Assembly (NCBI GenBank): GCA_905178155.1
Contig: CAJINV010000001.1
Coordinates: forward strand, 7,261,794-7,325,793
DNA length: 64,000 nucleotides
Reading direction: 5' to 3'
Source: Amoebophrya sp. A120
Lineage: Eukaryota > Protista > Dinoflagellata
This document shows positions 54,479 through 64,000 of this stretch, piece after piece. The notes below the pieces were generated by a model that saw nothing but the letters and a program-made list of their open reading frames with translations, was not told the origin of the DNA and did not search any database. The first letter of the stretch is position 1. Each line of letters begins with the position of its first letter. Position numbers and translations under genes: made by a program.

Positions 54479-57400
54479 CTAGAGTTCGTAGTTCCGTGGT
54501 GTATCCGCTGCGTCGACGCCACCATCGGAAGTGCTGCGTTTGCACATAGACGGGTGTGTCATGCGCGCCCGATAGCCGCACCGCTCCGGCTCGTCGACCG
54601 ACAATATTCTTTCCTCTTTGCCGCACTCCACAAGGACCTGCAAGCTCCTCGCGGGTCCGCCCGGGCACCAATCGCCACCCTCGAACACGAGTTTTCTGCC
54701 CTCGTCTTCAAACCGCTCGAACTTACCGAGTCGCGTGTGGTCCTGGGTGGCGTCGCGGTCGAAAAAGCAAACACTATACCTGTTTTGAATTTTATGTTGA
54801 ACATCAACATAGATGTGGCGCTTTTTGTTTTTCTCAGCTTTGATCTTTTTTCATTTTCAGTACCTTAGACGTCGGCAAAATAAGGCCCACACACGACAAG
54901 CAGGAGTTCGCGTGCCTTCTTTGTGCAAAAATTTTTGTTTTCACCTGTACGAGACCGCGCGCATCTCCAGGCAGCGGTCGAGCAGTGAGTAGTACTGTCG
55001 GTATTTCCTGAGGACCCCCAGATTTCGCTCGATTTGCGAATGCTTCTTTTCAAACTCGTCCAACGCCCGCTGCGCGGCCTGCTGTGCCTCGCGCGCCGCG
55101 TCGCGGGCCTCATGGAGCTCCGACTTGGCCTCGGTGGACTGCGGCTCTGCAGCAGGCTCCGGGTTCAGCAGTCGTGTAGGCTGCGGTGTTTCGTCATGAG
55201 CAGGCTCCGGGGAATCATCGTCGTGATCCTCATCGTCGTGCTTTGGGTGTTCGTCCGCAAGCTGCTTGTGCTCAGCTGTTTTTGTTTTATATAAGTAACA
55301 AGGCTGGCCCGGGCGGAGCCCGGGCGCTCTTGTGGATAGGTCCTACACCTACCGGAACCGGATCACCCAGAACCGGACAACCCTGAACCAGCCGCAGCCG
55401 CCATCCAATGCCCCGGCCCGGGGCACTGGATGCTCCACGACTTGCTAGCCAATCTTGATCTCCGTGCGTCCATCGCCCCGACCCGGGGCGCTGGATCCAT
55501 GCTGCCCGACCTGCCGGCCAGCCTCGACCCCCATCCAACGCCCCGGCCCGGGGCGCAGGAAGGATCCGTCAGGAGCCGGTGGGCACCCCCAGTCGCTCTC
55601 CATCCAATGCCCCGGCCCGGGGCGTTGGATCCATCCTCCGGTCCGCGACCTGCTGGCCGGGCAATCTTGATCGATCCCCATCCAACGCCCCGGCCCGGGG
55701 CGCTGGATCCCCCCTTCCCCACCTGCTGGCCAGCCTCGACCCCCATCCAACGCCCCGGCCCGGGGCGCTGGATCCATCGATGACAGTGGACAGCCCCAGC
55801 CGCCTGCCATCCAATGCCCCGGCCCGGGGCGCTGGATCCTCCCCGACCTGATGGCCAATCTTGATCCCCAACCAACGCCCCGGCCGCCGGGGCGCTCGAT
55901 CCTCCCCGACCTGCTGGCCAACCGCAACCCCCATTCAACGCCCCGGCCGCCGGGGCGCTCGATCCTCCCCGACCTGCTGGCCAACCGCAACCGCCATGCA
56001 TTCAACTCCCCGGGCCGGGGCGCTGGATCCGTCGATGGCAGGCGGGCAGCCGTAGTCGCCTGCCCTCCAATGCCCCGGCCCGGGGAGCTGGATCCTCCCG
56101 GACCTGCTGGTCAGCCTCGACCCACCCTCCCCCACCCAACGCCCCGGCCCGGGGCGCTGGATCCGTCGATGGCAGGTCGACGGCCCGAGTCGCCCGCCAT
56201 CCAATGCCCCGGCCCGGGGCGCTGGATCCATCCGTCCTTGACGACCTGCTGGCCAATCTTGATTCCCACCCAACGCCCCGGCCCGGGGCGTTGGATCCTC
56301 CACCCCCTCCCTTCCAACGTCCCGGCCCGCCGCGCGAGATCCGTCGCTGGCAGGTCCAGTTGCCATCCAGTGCCGCGGCCCGGGGCGTTGGGTCCTCCGC
56401 GACCTGCAGGCCAATCTTGATCCCCATCCAACGCCCCGGCCCGGGGCGCGGGATCCTCCCTTCCCAACCTCGGCCACCACCTAGCGCTCCGGGCCGGGGC
56501 GATGGATCCGTCGATGGCCGGTGGTCAACCCCAGTCGCCATCCAATGCCCCGGCCCGGGGCGCTGGATCCTCCCCGGCCTGCCGGCAAGCTTCCTCGGTC
56601 GGCCCCCACTTGACGCCCCGGCCTGGGGCATTGGATCCGTCGATGGCAGGTGGGCCGCCCCCGTCGCGCGCCTGCCATCCAATGCCCCGGCCCGGGGCGT
56701 TGGATCCTCCCCGGCCTGATGGCCAACCTTGATCCCCATCCAACGCCCCGGCCCGGGGCGCTCGATCCTCCCCGACCTGCTGGCCAACCGCGACCCTCAT
56801 CCAACGCCCCGGCCCGGGGCGCTGGATCCGTCGATGGCAGGCGGACAACCCTAGTCGCCTGCCATCCAATGCCCCGGCCCGGGGCGCTGGATCCTCCACG
56901 GCCTGCTGCTGAAGATAAGTAATCTTTCTTGATCCACCCCATCCAACGCCCCGGCCCGGGGCGCAGGATCCTCCCGGACCATCGGGCCAGCCTCGACCCA
57001 CCCTCCCCACCCCACACAACGCCCCGGCCCGGGGCGCTGGATCCGTCGATGGCAGGTGGGCAGCCCTAGTCGCTCGCTATCCAATGCCCCGGCCCGGGGC
57101 GCTGGATCCTTGACGATCTGCTGGCCAATCTTGATTCCCATCCAACGCCCCGGCCCGGGGCGCTAGATCCTCCCTGACCTGCTTGCTGGTCAGCCTCCAG
57201 CCCCATCCAACGTCCCGGCCCGGGGCGCGAGATCCGTCGTTGTACGACCTCACCGGAGGTTGTAGTTTTATGAACGACCTCCCCGGAGGTCGTATGACCA
57301 TACCGGAGGTCGTACGACCTCGGCAGAGGTTGTACGACCTCGTTGGGGATTGTACGACCTCGCCGGAGGTTGTCCATCAAACCCACGGCCAGGGGTACCA

Positions 57401-60337
57401 CAGACCATCTCCCGGGGTACCGGAGACCCACCCCCAGGGGTAACCGGAGGAAATCCCATTTCCGCCTTAGTATCCATGGGTCAAAGGTGGGTCGTTGGTG
57501 GGTCGGGTGGTGGGTCAGGTGGTGGGTCAGGTGGTGGGTCGTTGGTGGGTCGCTGGTGGGTCGCGGTGGGTCTGGTGGGTTCCTCATGGGTTGCTCGTGG
57601 GTCAGTTAGTGGGTCAAAGGTACTATTCTAAATTAATATTTTATGTAATTTCACCTTCTCTGCGCAATTCACCCATAGAGTGAACGCGCGCGCAACCAAC
57701 GGAAGCGAATGACGTGCAGAAGCGCGTCGCAGTGATAGTCGCAAGACCTCGAGCGACAGTCACAATGGCAGCCAAGAGAGAACCCGGCCGGCACAACGAG
57801 CTACGGGTAGCAGGCCATGCAAGCCAGGCTCTCGACCCCCACAGAGCCATGCCCCGGACATAGAGGTGGCCCAAGCCGCGAGGCGCGACTGGGACCGCCG
57901 AATATCTTCCCCAAATGCCCCGGACCCCTGTGACAGGGACCTTGCGGGCATCGCCCTAGGATGCCAGTGGCTAATTTACAGCCTTCAGTGAGGCCTTCCC
58001 ATCGTAATGGACCGCGGCGCCCCCGCTCGCGCGAATCCATTTACGACAGACGAGCGCCTTGCTACTGCATGTCTGCCGCATCGCGGCGTGCATCGACAAG
58101 CAGAATCGCGAAGCGCCCGCGACACACAGAGCGGCAGGCCGCAGACGAGGCTGCGCTGTTTTCCGATGTGTCTTGCCGATAGCGGGCCTGGCCAATAGGC
58201 CAAGATGACGCCGGGCCTGTGCCCCTAACGGCGTGAAGAACCTCTGCTACACCCACATCGTGGGCAGTCGGGTTCTCCACTCCCCGGCCAGTGGTGCTCG
58301 CGAGAACCGAGAGCGCGTCATCGACGTGTGTGTACCACTGAACGGAGATAGCCTGGAGGGTAGTCGAAGAACGCGAACTCTCTCTCCGCACGGTGAGAGC
58401 TGCGCAACAACTTCCTTCCCACCGGGACATCATCCCCTGTCAGGATAATGCCCTGGCGCTCGGTAGGGCCGAGCTACGTGTACACGGCAAGGCGCACGCC
58501 GTCTGTTCTGACCTGCCCATGGCTTGGGCAGCTCAATGGCAACGGGACCACCGGAGCTCTTTGCTTGCCGTACACTGCATTGATCCACGCTAAGGATCGG
58601 CAGCGCCGGAAACGACAAGGCGGAACTGCGAAGCAGAACCAGAGCGAAGGCCTGAGGCGCACAAGTACGCCTCGCTTTCTCATCGAGACACTCCTCCGTC
58701 AAATATCCACCCTCCGAGAACCGAAGAGCTGAAAAAACGCAAAATCGTCGTGCTTTGGGTGTTCGTCCGCAAGCTGCTTGTGCTCAGCTGTTTTTGTTTT
58801 ATAATTCCAGTCGTGCAACGGATTGATGTCAGAGTTCTGGAGCTCCAATTTCTCTGTGCGTTCTTACTCTTCAGTACGGGAATTTTCACAAAAAAGGCTT
58901 ACTACCTGCGTCTTTGTCCATCCACTTTGCGTACTCGGAAATGCTGTCCTTCGCCGCGGCGCCAGACTCCTGAGCGATGTTTATCTACTCAAGAATCAGA
59001 ACTATAAACGGAACAAAAGCCTGGGCGTTCTTGCAAACGAAACGCATTCAGCATCAACGAAGTTCATTGTATGGTGCATAGATTGATTTAGTATCACGAC
59101 CTGTAGGGATCATGTCTTAAACACAACAAAGCCGGCCCACCTGTTCCGCGCCCGCTCCATCCTCCGGCTTTTTCGTTTCCGCGCCCGTACCTGCGGGAGC
59201 GCCCTCACCCCCGGGCCACGGGGTGGTCGTCGCGGTGTCGGCGGGCGCAGGGGTGGAACTCGAGGTCCCAGTTCTCGCCATCTGCTCGTCCATCCACGCC
59301 TTATCCGCTGCCGCATACTCCTGCTGCAGCCTGTCTCGCTCCGCCTTGAGCTTTTCTAGTTCTACCGGCTTGTTCGCAAGTTCGTTCCGCCACTCGCCCT
59401 CCTTCTGCCTCGACTCCGCCTCGTGTTTTTCCGTAATCGCCACGGCCTCCTTGATCTCCTGTTCCTGGGCCGCTTTCTGCTGCCGGTAGAGGGCCCCCTC
59501 CTCCGCACACGTGGACGGACAGCTTGTGGCGGTTTCGTCGCTGCTGTCGCAGCAGTCGCACACGCCGTCCCCCTATCGAATGTAAAAATGTCTGGGTCTG
59601 GAAGAGTCATGCTGTTTCTGCATGACACAGAAGGTCTGGCATGGAAGCTCTAGCATGACAGGTTTCGAGAAGCTTCCGCAATGCCGAATCCGCATGACAA
59701 ATCCCCCATCTTGGTGACAGAAAGTGAGCAGCTTTTGCTGCCTATGCATCAGAGATTTTTGAGTGTTCTGAAATGCGCATCACAAGTTACATCCTTCCAG
59801 ACCCAGACACTTTTGCATTTGATACCCCCACCTGGCTGCTGTAGATCCACTTGGGCTTCGCGCCGGTGTTCTCGCAAAAGAACAGGTTTGGCTTCATCTC
59901 GCCCCCGCCGTCCTCCGGTAACGCGTGTCCCGCGCACGCCGATGTGCCAGGCTCGTCGACGCCTGATAATTGAACGAAGGAGCCATAGAAGTTGCCTAAG
60001 TATGTATAAGCCGGGCAACGCACACCGAAAAATGTAGGAACAAACGTATACAAACAAGAATAAATGCAGTACCGTTCACGCAGTCACAGAAACCATCGTT
60101 TATCATTGAGACTTGGAGCTTTGGTGGTGTGCCGTTCCGCAGTCTCTTCTTCATGAGCTCACCGTGAGTTAGAATGCAAGATTGCACCAACTTGTCAGGT
60201 ACGGGCACTGGCTGCGCACCGTGGGCTGTTCTCGTGCAGCTACTACTTGCCAGGACTAAGAATAACTTGGACGCTGTGCCTGCGTAGCGCCTTGGATGCC
60301 TCCATTCTGCGGTACGAGTGGATGCGGTGGATGCCAT
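54479..60337 (-). CDS. PRKCSH: Glucosidase II beta subunit (PRKCSH), multi-exon, carrying an introner and a 3.45 kb insertion
   Basis: Motifs INDGFCDC, DEPGTSAC and SSQVGDGVCDCCDSSDE, an acidic coiled coil, the MRH domain FEGGDWCPGGPARSLQVLVECG...VDEPERCGY, and a C-terminal NYEL. Confidence 0.92.
55232..55291 (+). repeat. 60-bp direct duplication, copy 1 (intron 3' end plus exon start of PRKCSH)
   Basis: Identical to 58744-58803. Confidence 0.95.
55401..57235. repeat. Array of about 29 GC-rich palindromic units (core CCATCCAAYGCCCCGGCCCGGGGCGCTGGATCC), period about 64 bp
   Basis: Counted by eye. The core folds as ATCCA-N-YGCCCCGG / CCGGGGCG-Y-TGGAT. Linkers fall into a few related types. 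Confidence 0.95.
57238..57372. repeat. Degenerate about 21-bp tandem repeat (gttgtacgacctcrccggag), about 6 copies
   Basis: Repeated tacgacctc and ccggaggt motifs. Confidence 0.8.
57486..57616. repeat. GGTGGGTC-based about 12-bp tandem repeat
   Basis: About 10 copies of (g)gtgggtc/t. Confidence 0.85.
58744..58803 (+). repeat. 60-bp direct duplication, copy 2
   Basis: Identical to 55232-55291. Confidence 0.95.
59574..59824. mobile_element. Introner/MITE family A, 251 bp, TSD CCCCC
   Basis: Family A TIRs with few mismatches. CCCCC occurs at 59569-59573 and 59825-59829. Removal restores the conserved QVGDGVCDCCD. Confidence 0.95.
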
Positions 60338-61042
60338 CTTCGGGTTCTTCGTCTTCTTCTAGTTCGTATTCGACAGTGAGCAAATTCTACCAATCGCGGG
60401 CATTCAGACTTTATTTTCCGTCGTGATCCAATAAACATGCAAATGTTCTCTACCATGGTTGGATTCGGTATTGGTTTTGTTGACGATCCAAAAGTATGCT
60501 GAAAGAATGAACCTTGCCAGTTGTAGCCGTTCTTCACAGTAAAGGACAACTCGACAATGGCATTTTTTTCGAGCAGAAACGGCCCGCCTGAGCCGGCTGC
60601 GGCTGATCCTTGTCACGAAACAAGCCTGCCTTGCTGGAGAAACGAAAGGATCCGGAAAGCGATCGATCAGTTCAAAAAGCAAACGAAAGATCAGGCAAAA
60701 GAAGGCACGGATCTACTTCGTGAAAAGTCTCAAACTAGACCTACGCTCCGCTGGTACTTCCCAAAAGTGTCGGCACCATAATCCATCGTGCAAGGGACAC
60801 TGTGATCGGACTCGTGAACACATACACCGCGCCGCGCCGAGGCACAAAACTCTACCAACCCTAAGGCATGTGAAAAAAAAAATCACCAAGTGACGAGCGT
60901 CACCAGAAGCCACGGGCCTGGACCCTGGTTGTTAGAGCAAGTAGCGTCACCAACATGAACAGATCAGTGCGTGCAACTGCAACCAAGCACTACAGTTCGA
61001 CACCGACAGATAATGCACATATATCACTTTTCTCACGTTAGA

Positions 61043-62209
61043 TCACATGACTGCACACTTCAACCCCCCGGACGAGTCTTTCAACTCCGCCTGGGTTCCC
61101 TTCCAGGATTTTGCGTCGTAGTCCTCCGGAATTCCGAGCGCCACAAACGCGATCTTCTTATCGCAGGCGTAAATACACACCCGCTGCAGCTCGTGGTTGA
61201 ACCAGTTTCCGGGATCCTGCTCAATTTTCTCATGGTTTAGATACAGCTTCGTGAGCAGGGGGTGTTCGACACTGTTTTCCGCGACTCCCGCCGCTCGCAA
61301 AACTTGCTCGTTGATCGCTTTCAGTAGCACATCATTGAAATTTTTCCGCATGGCCTCGCGACTCTTCTTTGTGTGCCAGAAAAACGTAGTTCTGCTGCGC
61401 GAGGTGCTTGCGAAATTCGCCGTCGTCGTCAAATTCAGCGTCTGCATCTTATCTAGTACGTCGGCCATGTAGCGCAGGTCGACTTTCACTAAAATCGGCT
61501 GCGCCGCTTCAAAATCTCGACGCTGAACCGCCGCCCCCGTTCCTGCCCGAGGACGCGGTGGACGCAGCACCATCACTTCCACGATGCTCTTCCTTCGTTT
61601 CTCGTCATCCACGATACCCTTCAGAACCGAATCTCGTTCCACATAGCCTAAATACTTCGCGATTTGCTCTTCGTCGTCGTTTTCCTTTACTTCGTCGGGG
61701 TAAGGCTTGTCCTTCAGGATGTACCAGCTGCTGTCCAGCCGGTAGTACGAGCGGTCCAGGCCCTTTTCCGTCGCACCCTCTATCTCTACGAGCTCGCCCC
61801 TCCCGTCGGGCACGGTACGGACATGGACGAAAGGCTTCACAACCACGTTATAGGTGAGCGCACCATTTGATGCACTTGTCGCAGGGTCGTTGATAGACAG
61901 AACTTCGGCCCATTCGGGAATCCACTGCCCGGCTTTTTTCACTTTCACCGGCTGCCCGACGCTGAGCACAGACGCGGGCTCCTCCTCGTCGCCTGGTTCT
62001 TCGTGTGAAGCCGACATAGAGGCCGGTGCGGCGTCGTCTAAGAAATTCCCACGCTTGGTGATTGTATCAGAACGCCCTGCGTTCTTGGAACCGAGAAGTA
62101 GAACTTCAACTTGCAAATCATTTTTTGCAAGTACTTTTTCAAAATGAGATCCTCGCTTAGCTCTGCGTGCAGAAAAATAACAAAAATAAACGCACGCAGC
62201 TCGAAGCAA
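61043..62209 (-). CDS. Hypothetical protein; true start probably an internal ATG or an upstream exon
   Basis: 388-aa ORF with coding-like composition in its 3' three-quarters; no family recognised. Confidence 0.55.
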   Translation of the reverse strand: MLRAACVYFCYFSARRAKRGSHFEKVLAKNDLQVEVLLLGSKNAGRSDTITKRGNFLDDAAPASMSASHEEPGDEEEPASVLSVGQPVKVKKAGQWIPEWAEVLSINDPATSASNGALTYNVVVKPFVHVRTVPDGRGELVEIEGATEKGLDRSYYRLDSSWYILKDKPYPDEVKENDDEEQIAKYLGYVERDSVLKGIVDDEKRRKSIVEVMVLRPPRPRAGTGAAVQRRDFEAAQPILVKVDLRYMADVLDKMQTLNLTTTANFASTSRSRTTFFWHTKKSREAMRKNFNDVLLKAINEQVLRAAGVAENSVEHPLLTKLYLNHEKIEQDPGNWFNHELQRVCIYACDKKIAFVALGIPEDYDAKSWKGTQAELKDSSGGLKCAVM

Positions 62210-62584
62210 AGAAAAGATAAAGAAGCACTCAAAGAAAAAAAGTCACTCACGCAACTCTTCTGCTGAAGCTTCGCAGGTACAAAAGAAACGCCCACAAAAA
62301 CTGTTTACTCCAAGTTAGCGAACAATAGGTCTGCGATCACGCAAATACATTGAGACTCATGTCTCTAGGTCGTACTTGTTTTGTTGTCGGTTGTATCATT
62401 TGCTTTCTTTTTTTTCCTACACTCCTGCCCACTTGCGTGAACCAATTCGCAAGTTTTCCGGGCAAATGTTCGCGGCGAACTACTTCGAGTAGCATCTTCC
62501 GGCACAATTCCGATAAGTCCATACTCGCACTTTATATCCGTGAGAAGTACAGCGAACTTTCCATCAACGCCTCGATCCACAACT

Positions 62585-64000
62585 TCATTGAAAGTTGCGC
62601 GCCGGTATCATTGGCGGTCCCCCCTTTCCGCCGTCCGGAAACGGCCGGTGCCCGCCCATGAAGTGGTGCTCTCGCGGGGGTGCGGGGACGCCCCGGCTGT
62701 CGGGTAGCATCGGGGGTGGCATCGGCGGCGGTGGCATCATTTGGTTTGGATCCATGCCACCTTTGCCGGCACCTCCGAACGGCGGCTGTGAAGACTGCTG
62801 CATCATCGGTCCTCCGGTTCTTACGCCTGGTTGAAAGTTGTTGTTCATCGGCGGGCCTTGTTCCATGAAGTTTTTGTTCATCGGCTTGGACGACCCTTTC
62901 ATTATCGGCTTTCCGCTGAACTTGTCTGGTGGAAGATCCCCTTTGCCCTTTCGAATGAAGTCGTCGATAAAGCTGCTCGGCGGTGGTGGCTCGCCTTTGA
63001 AGTCGCCCTTGCCGGCGAACATCGGAGGCTCGCCCTTGTTGCCCATATTGAAGCGGTCGCCGGGAAGATGCTGGTCGCCCGGCCTTTGCATCATCATTGG
63101 CGGCGGGCCGTTGCTGAAGTTGTGGCCCTTCTTCGAGGATTTGCTTCCGCCGCCAAACTGCGATTGCTGCACCGGGTTTCCGTCTTCATCGAGGCGGGGC
63201 GAAAACGCGTTCTCCCCTGGATGGAAGAAGCCGTCGCGCGGATCCCCGGGCGGCGGGGGCGATTTCGTTCCCTTCATCAGGTGGTTGCGCAAGTGCATGT
63301 CGCCTTTCACAGACATTGGATGCGGCTGATGTGACTGTGGAGGGGGTCCACTTGACGAAGCTCCCTTCATCATGTTCGGAGGGGGTACTCCTCGGTTCGG
63401 CGGCGGGCGGTCGAACCCAGGTTCAAAACTTCCGGGTTGACCACTGCGCATTTGGTGCACGGTAGACAGCATACGCTCACCAGAGGGCACCGGCGGTCCG
63501 CCGGGAAATTGGCTTCGGTCTGGTGGTTCTTGGAACGGAACATACTGGTTCTTGGAACCACCGTTATTTCCGCGGTTGTTTTCGCGTACCGCGGGCTCCT
63601 CCCCGAATAAGAAATCTTCGGGCGACGAATCGTGCCGCGGCGGACCGGCGTCGAAGCTCGGGCCGTTCCCATTGGTCCGAGACCCGGACGCTGTGTGGTG
63701 GTACCCGTTTCCGGAGCCTGAGGAGGGCGCGGAGGGCTGATGTGGTGGGGCTGGTCCGCCGCCTGGAACAAGCTGCGGGGGACCTCCGCTTCCCTTGCCG
63801 CCCCCCGGCATCATCATCTGCGGATGGTGCCCCCGTCGGTTGCTGAAATTCGGATTTTGGCTGCCGGGTGGCTCCATCAGCTCCGGATCCGACATGTTGT
63901 ACGGACCGTCGCGCGAGGGAAAGTGCTGTCGCGGGTCGAGCAAATCCGGCGTCCCGGACATTGGCGGCGGATAGCTGTTCGGAAGCATCGGCGGTCCACC
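62585..64000 (-). CDS. Pro/Gly/Met-rich low-complexity C-terminus of a protein starting beyond the window
   Basis: Open frame running to the window edge, with GKG and PPP motifs. Confidence 0.65.
   Translation of the reverse strand, partial: GGPPMLPNSYPPPMSGTPDLLDPRQHFPSRDGPYNMSDPELMEPPGSQNPNFSNRRGHHPQMMMPGGGKGSGGPPQLVPGGGPAPPHQPSAPSSGSGNGYHHTASGSRTNGNGPSFDAGPPRHDSSPEDFLFGEEPAVRENNRGNNGGSKNQYVPFQEPPDRSQFPGGPPVPSGERMLSTVHQMRSGQPGSFEPGFDRPPPNRGVPPPNMMKGASSSGPPPQSHQPHPMSVKGDMHLRNHLMKGTKSPPPPGDPRDGFFHPGENAFSPRLDEDGNPVQQSQFGGGSKSSKKGHNFSNGPPPMMMQRPGDQHLPGDRFNMGNKGEPPMFAGKGDFKGEPPPPSSFIDDFIRKGKGDLPPDKFSGKPIMKGSSKPMNKNFMEQGPPMNNNFQPGVRTGGPMMQQSSQPPFGGAGKGGMDPNQMMPPPPMPPPMLPDSRGVPAPPREHHFMGGHRPFPDGGKGGPPMIPARNFQ

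Larger units (their letters stand above)
55292..58743. mobile_element. Composite insertion of unknown class, bounded by the 60-bp duplication
   Basis: Foreign GC-rich block with a terminal hairpin at 55307-55325, a hairpin array, two short tandem arrays and about 1.1 kb of unique sequence. Confidence 0.7.

Noticed and set aside
55401-57235. CRISPR array (palindromic about 33-nt repeats with about 30-nt linkers)
   Set aside because: The linkers are related to each other rather than unique, the repeats are degenerate, there are no cas genes, and the context is eukaryotic.
55287-57683. Many ORFs over the repeat array
   Set aside because: Artefacts of a GC-rich, stop-poor tandem repeat, open in most frames.

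Overview
Eukaryotic protist genomic DNA, gene-dense, with every recognisable gene on the minus strand and mostly short GT-AG introns. The architecture resembles a syndinian dinoflagellate such as Amoebophrya; this is an inference, not an identification. Host genes encode a Qb-SNARE, a METTL21-like methyltransferase, IFT56/TTC26, a fucolectin-domain protein, a renalase-like oxidoreductase, RABL2, a Pro-rich LRR protein, an MDR oxidoreductase, a helical-repeat protein, a Cid1-like nucleotidyltransferase, a formin and glucosidase II beta (PRKCSH). Four things stand out. (1) Six intact and two decayed 250-335 bp TIR elements sit in coding sequence. The intact ones have TAT...ATA ends and exact 5-bp TSDs and behave as intron-creating 'introners'; their terminal TA combines with a TSD guanine to build splice sites. 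(2) An intact 7.3 kb tyrosine-recombinase retrotransposon has split direct repeats and an unusual YR-gag-RT/RH order. (3) A 3.45 kb insertion carrying a 29-copy hairpin array lies inside PRKCSH, flanked by a 60-bp duplication that copies the splice acceptor. (4) GC-rich foldable islands lie inside unusually long introns. Exon boundaries were read by eye and no database search was run.
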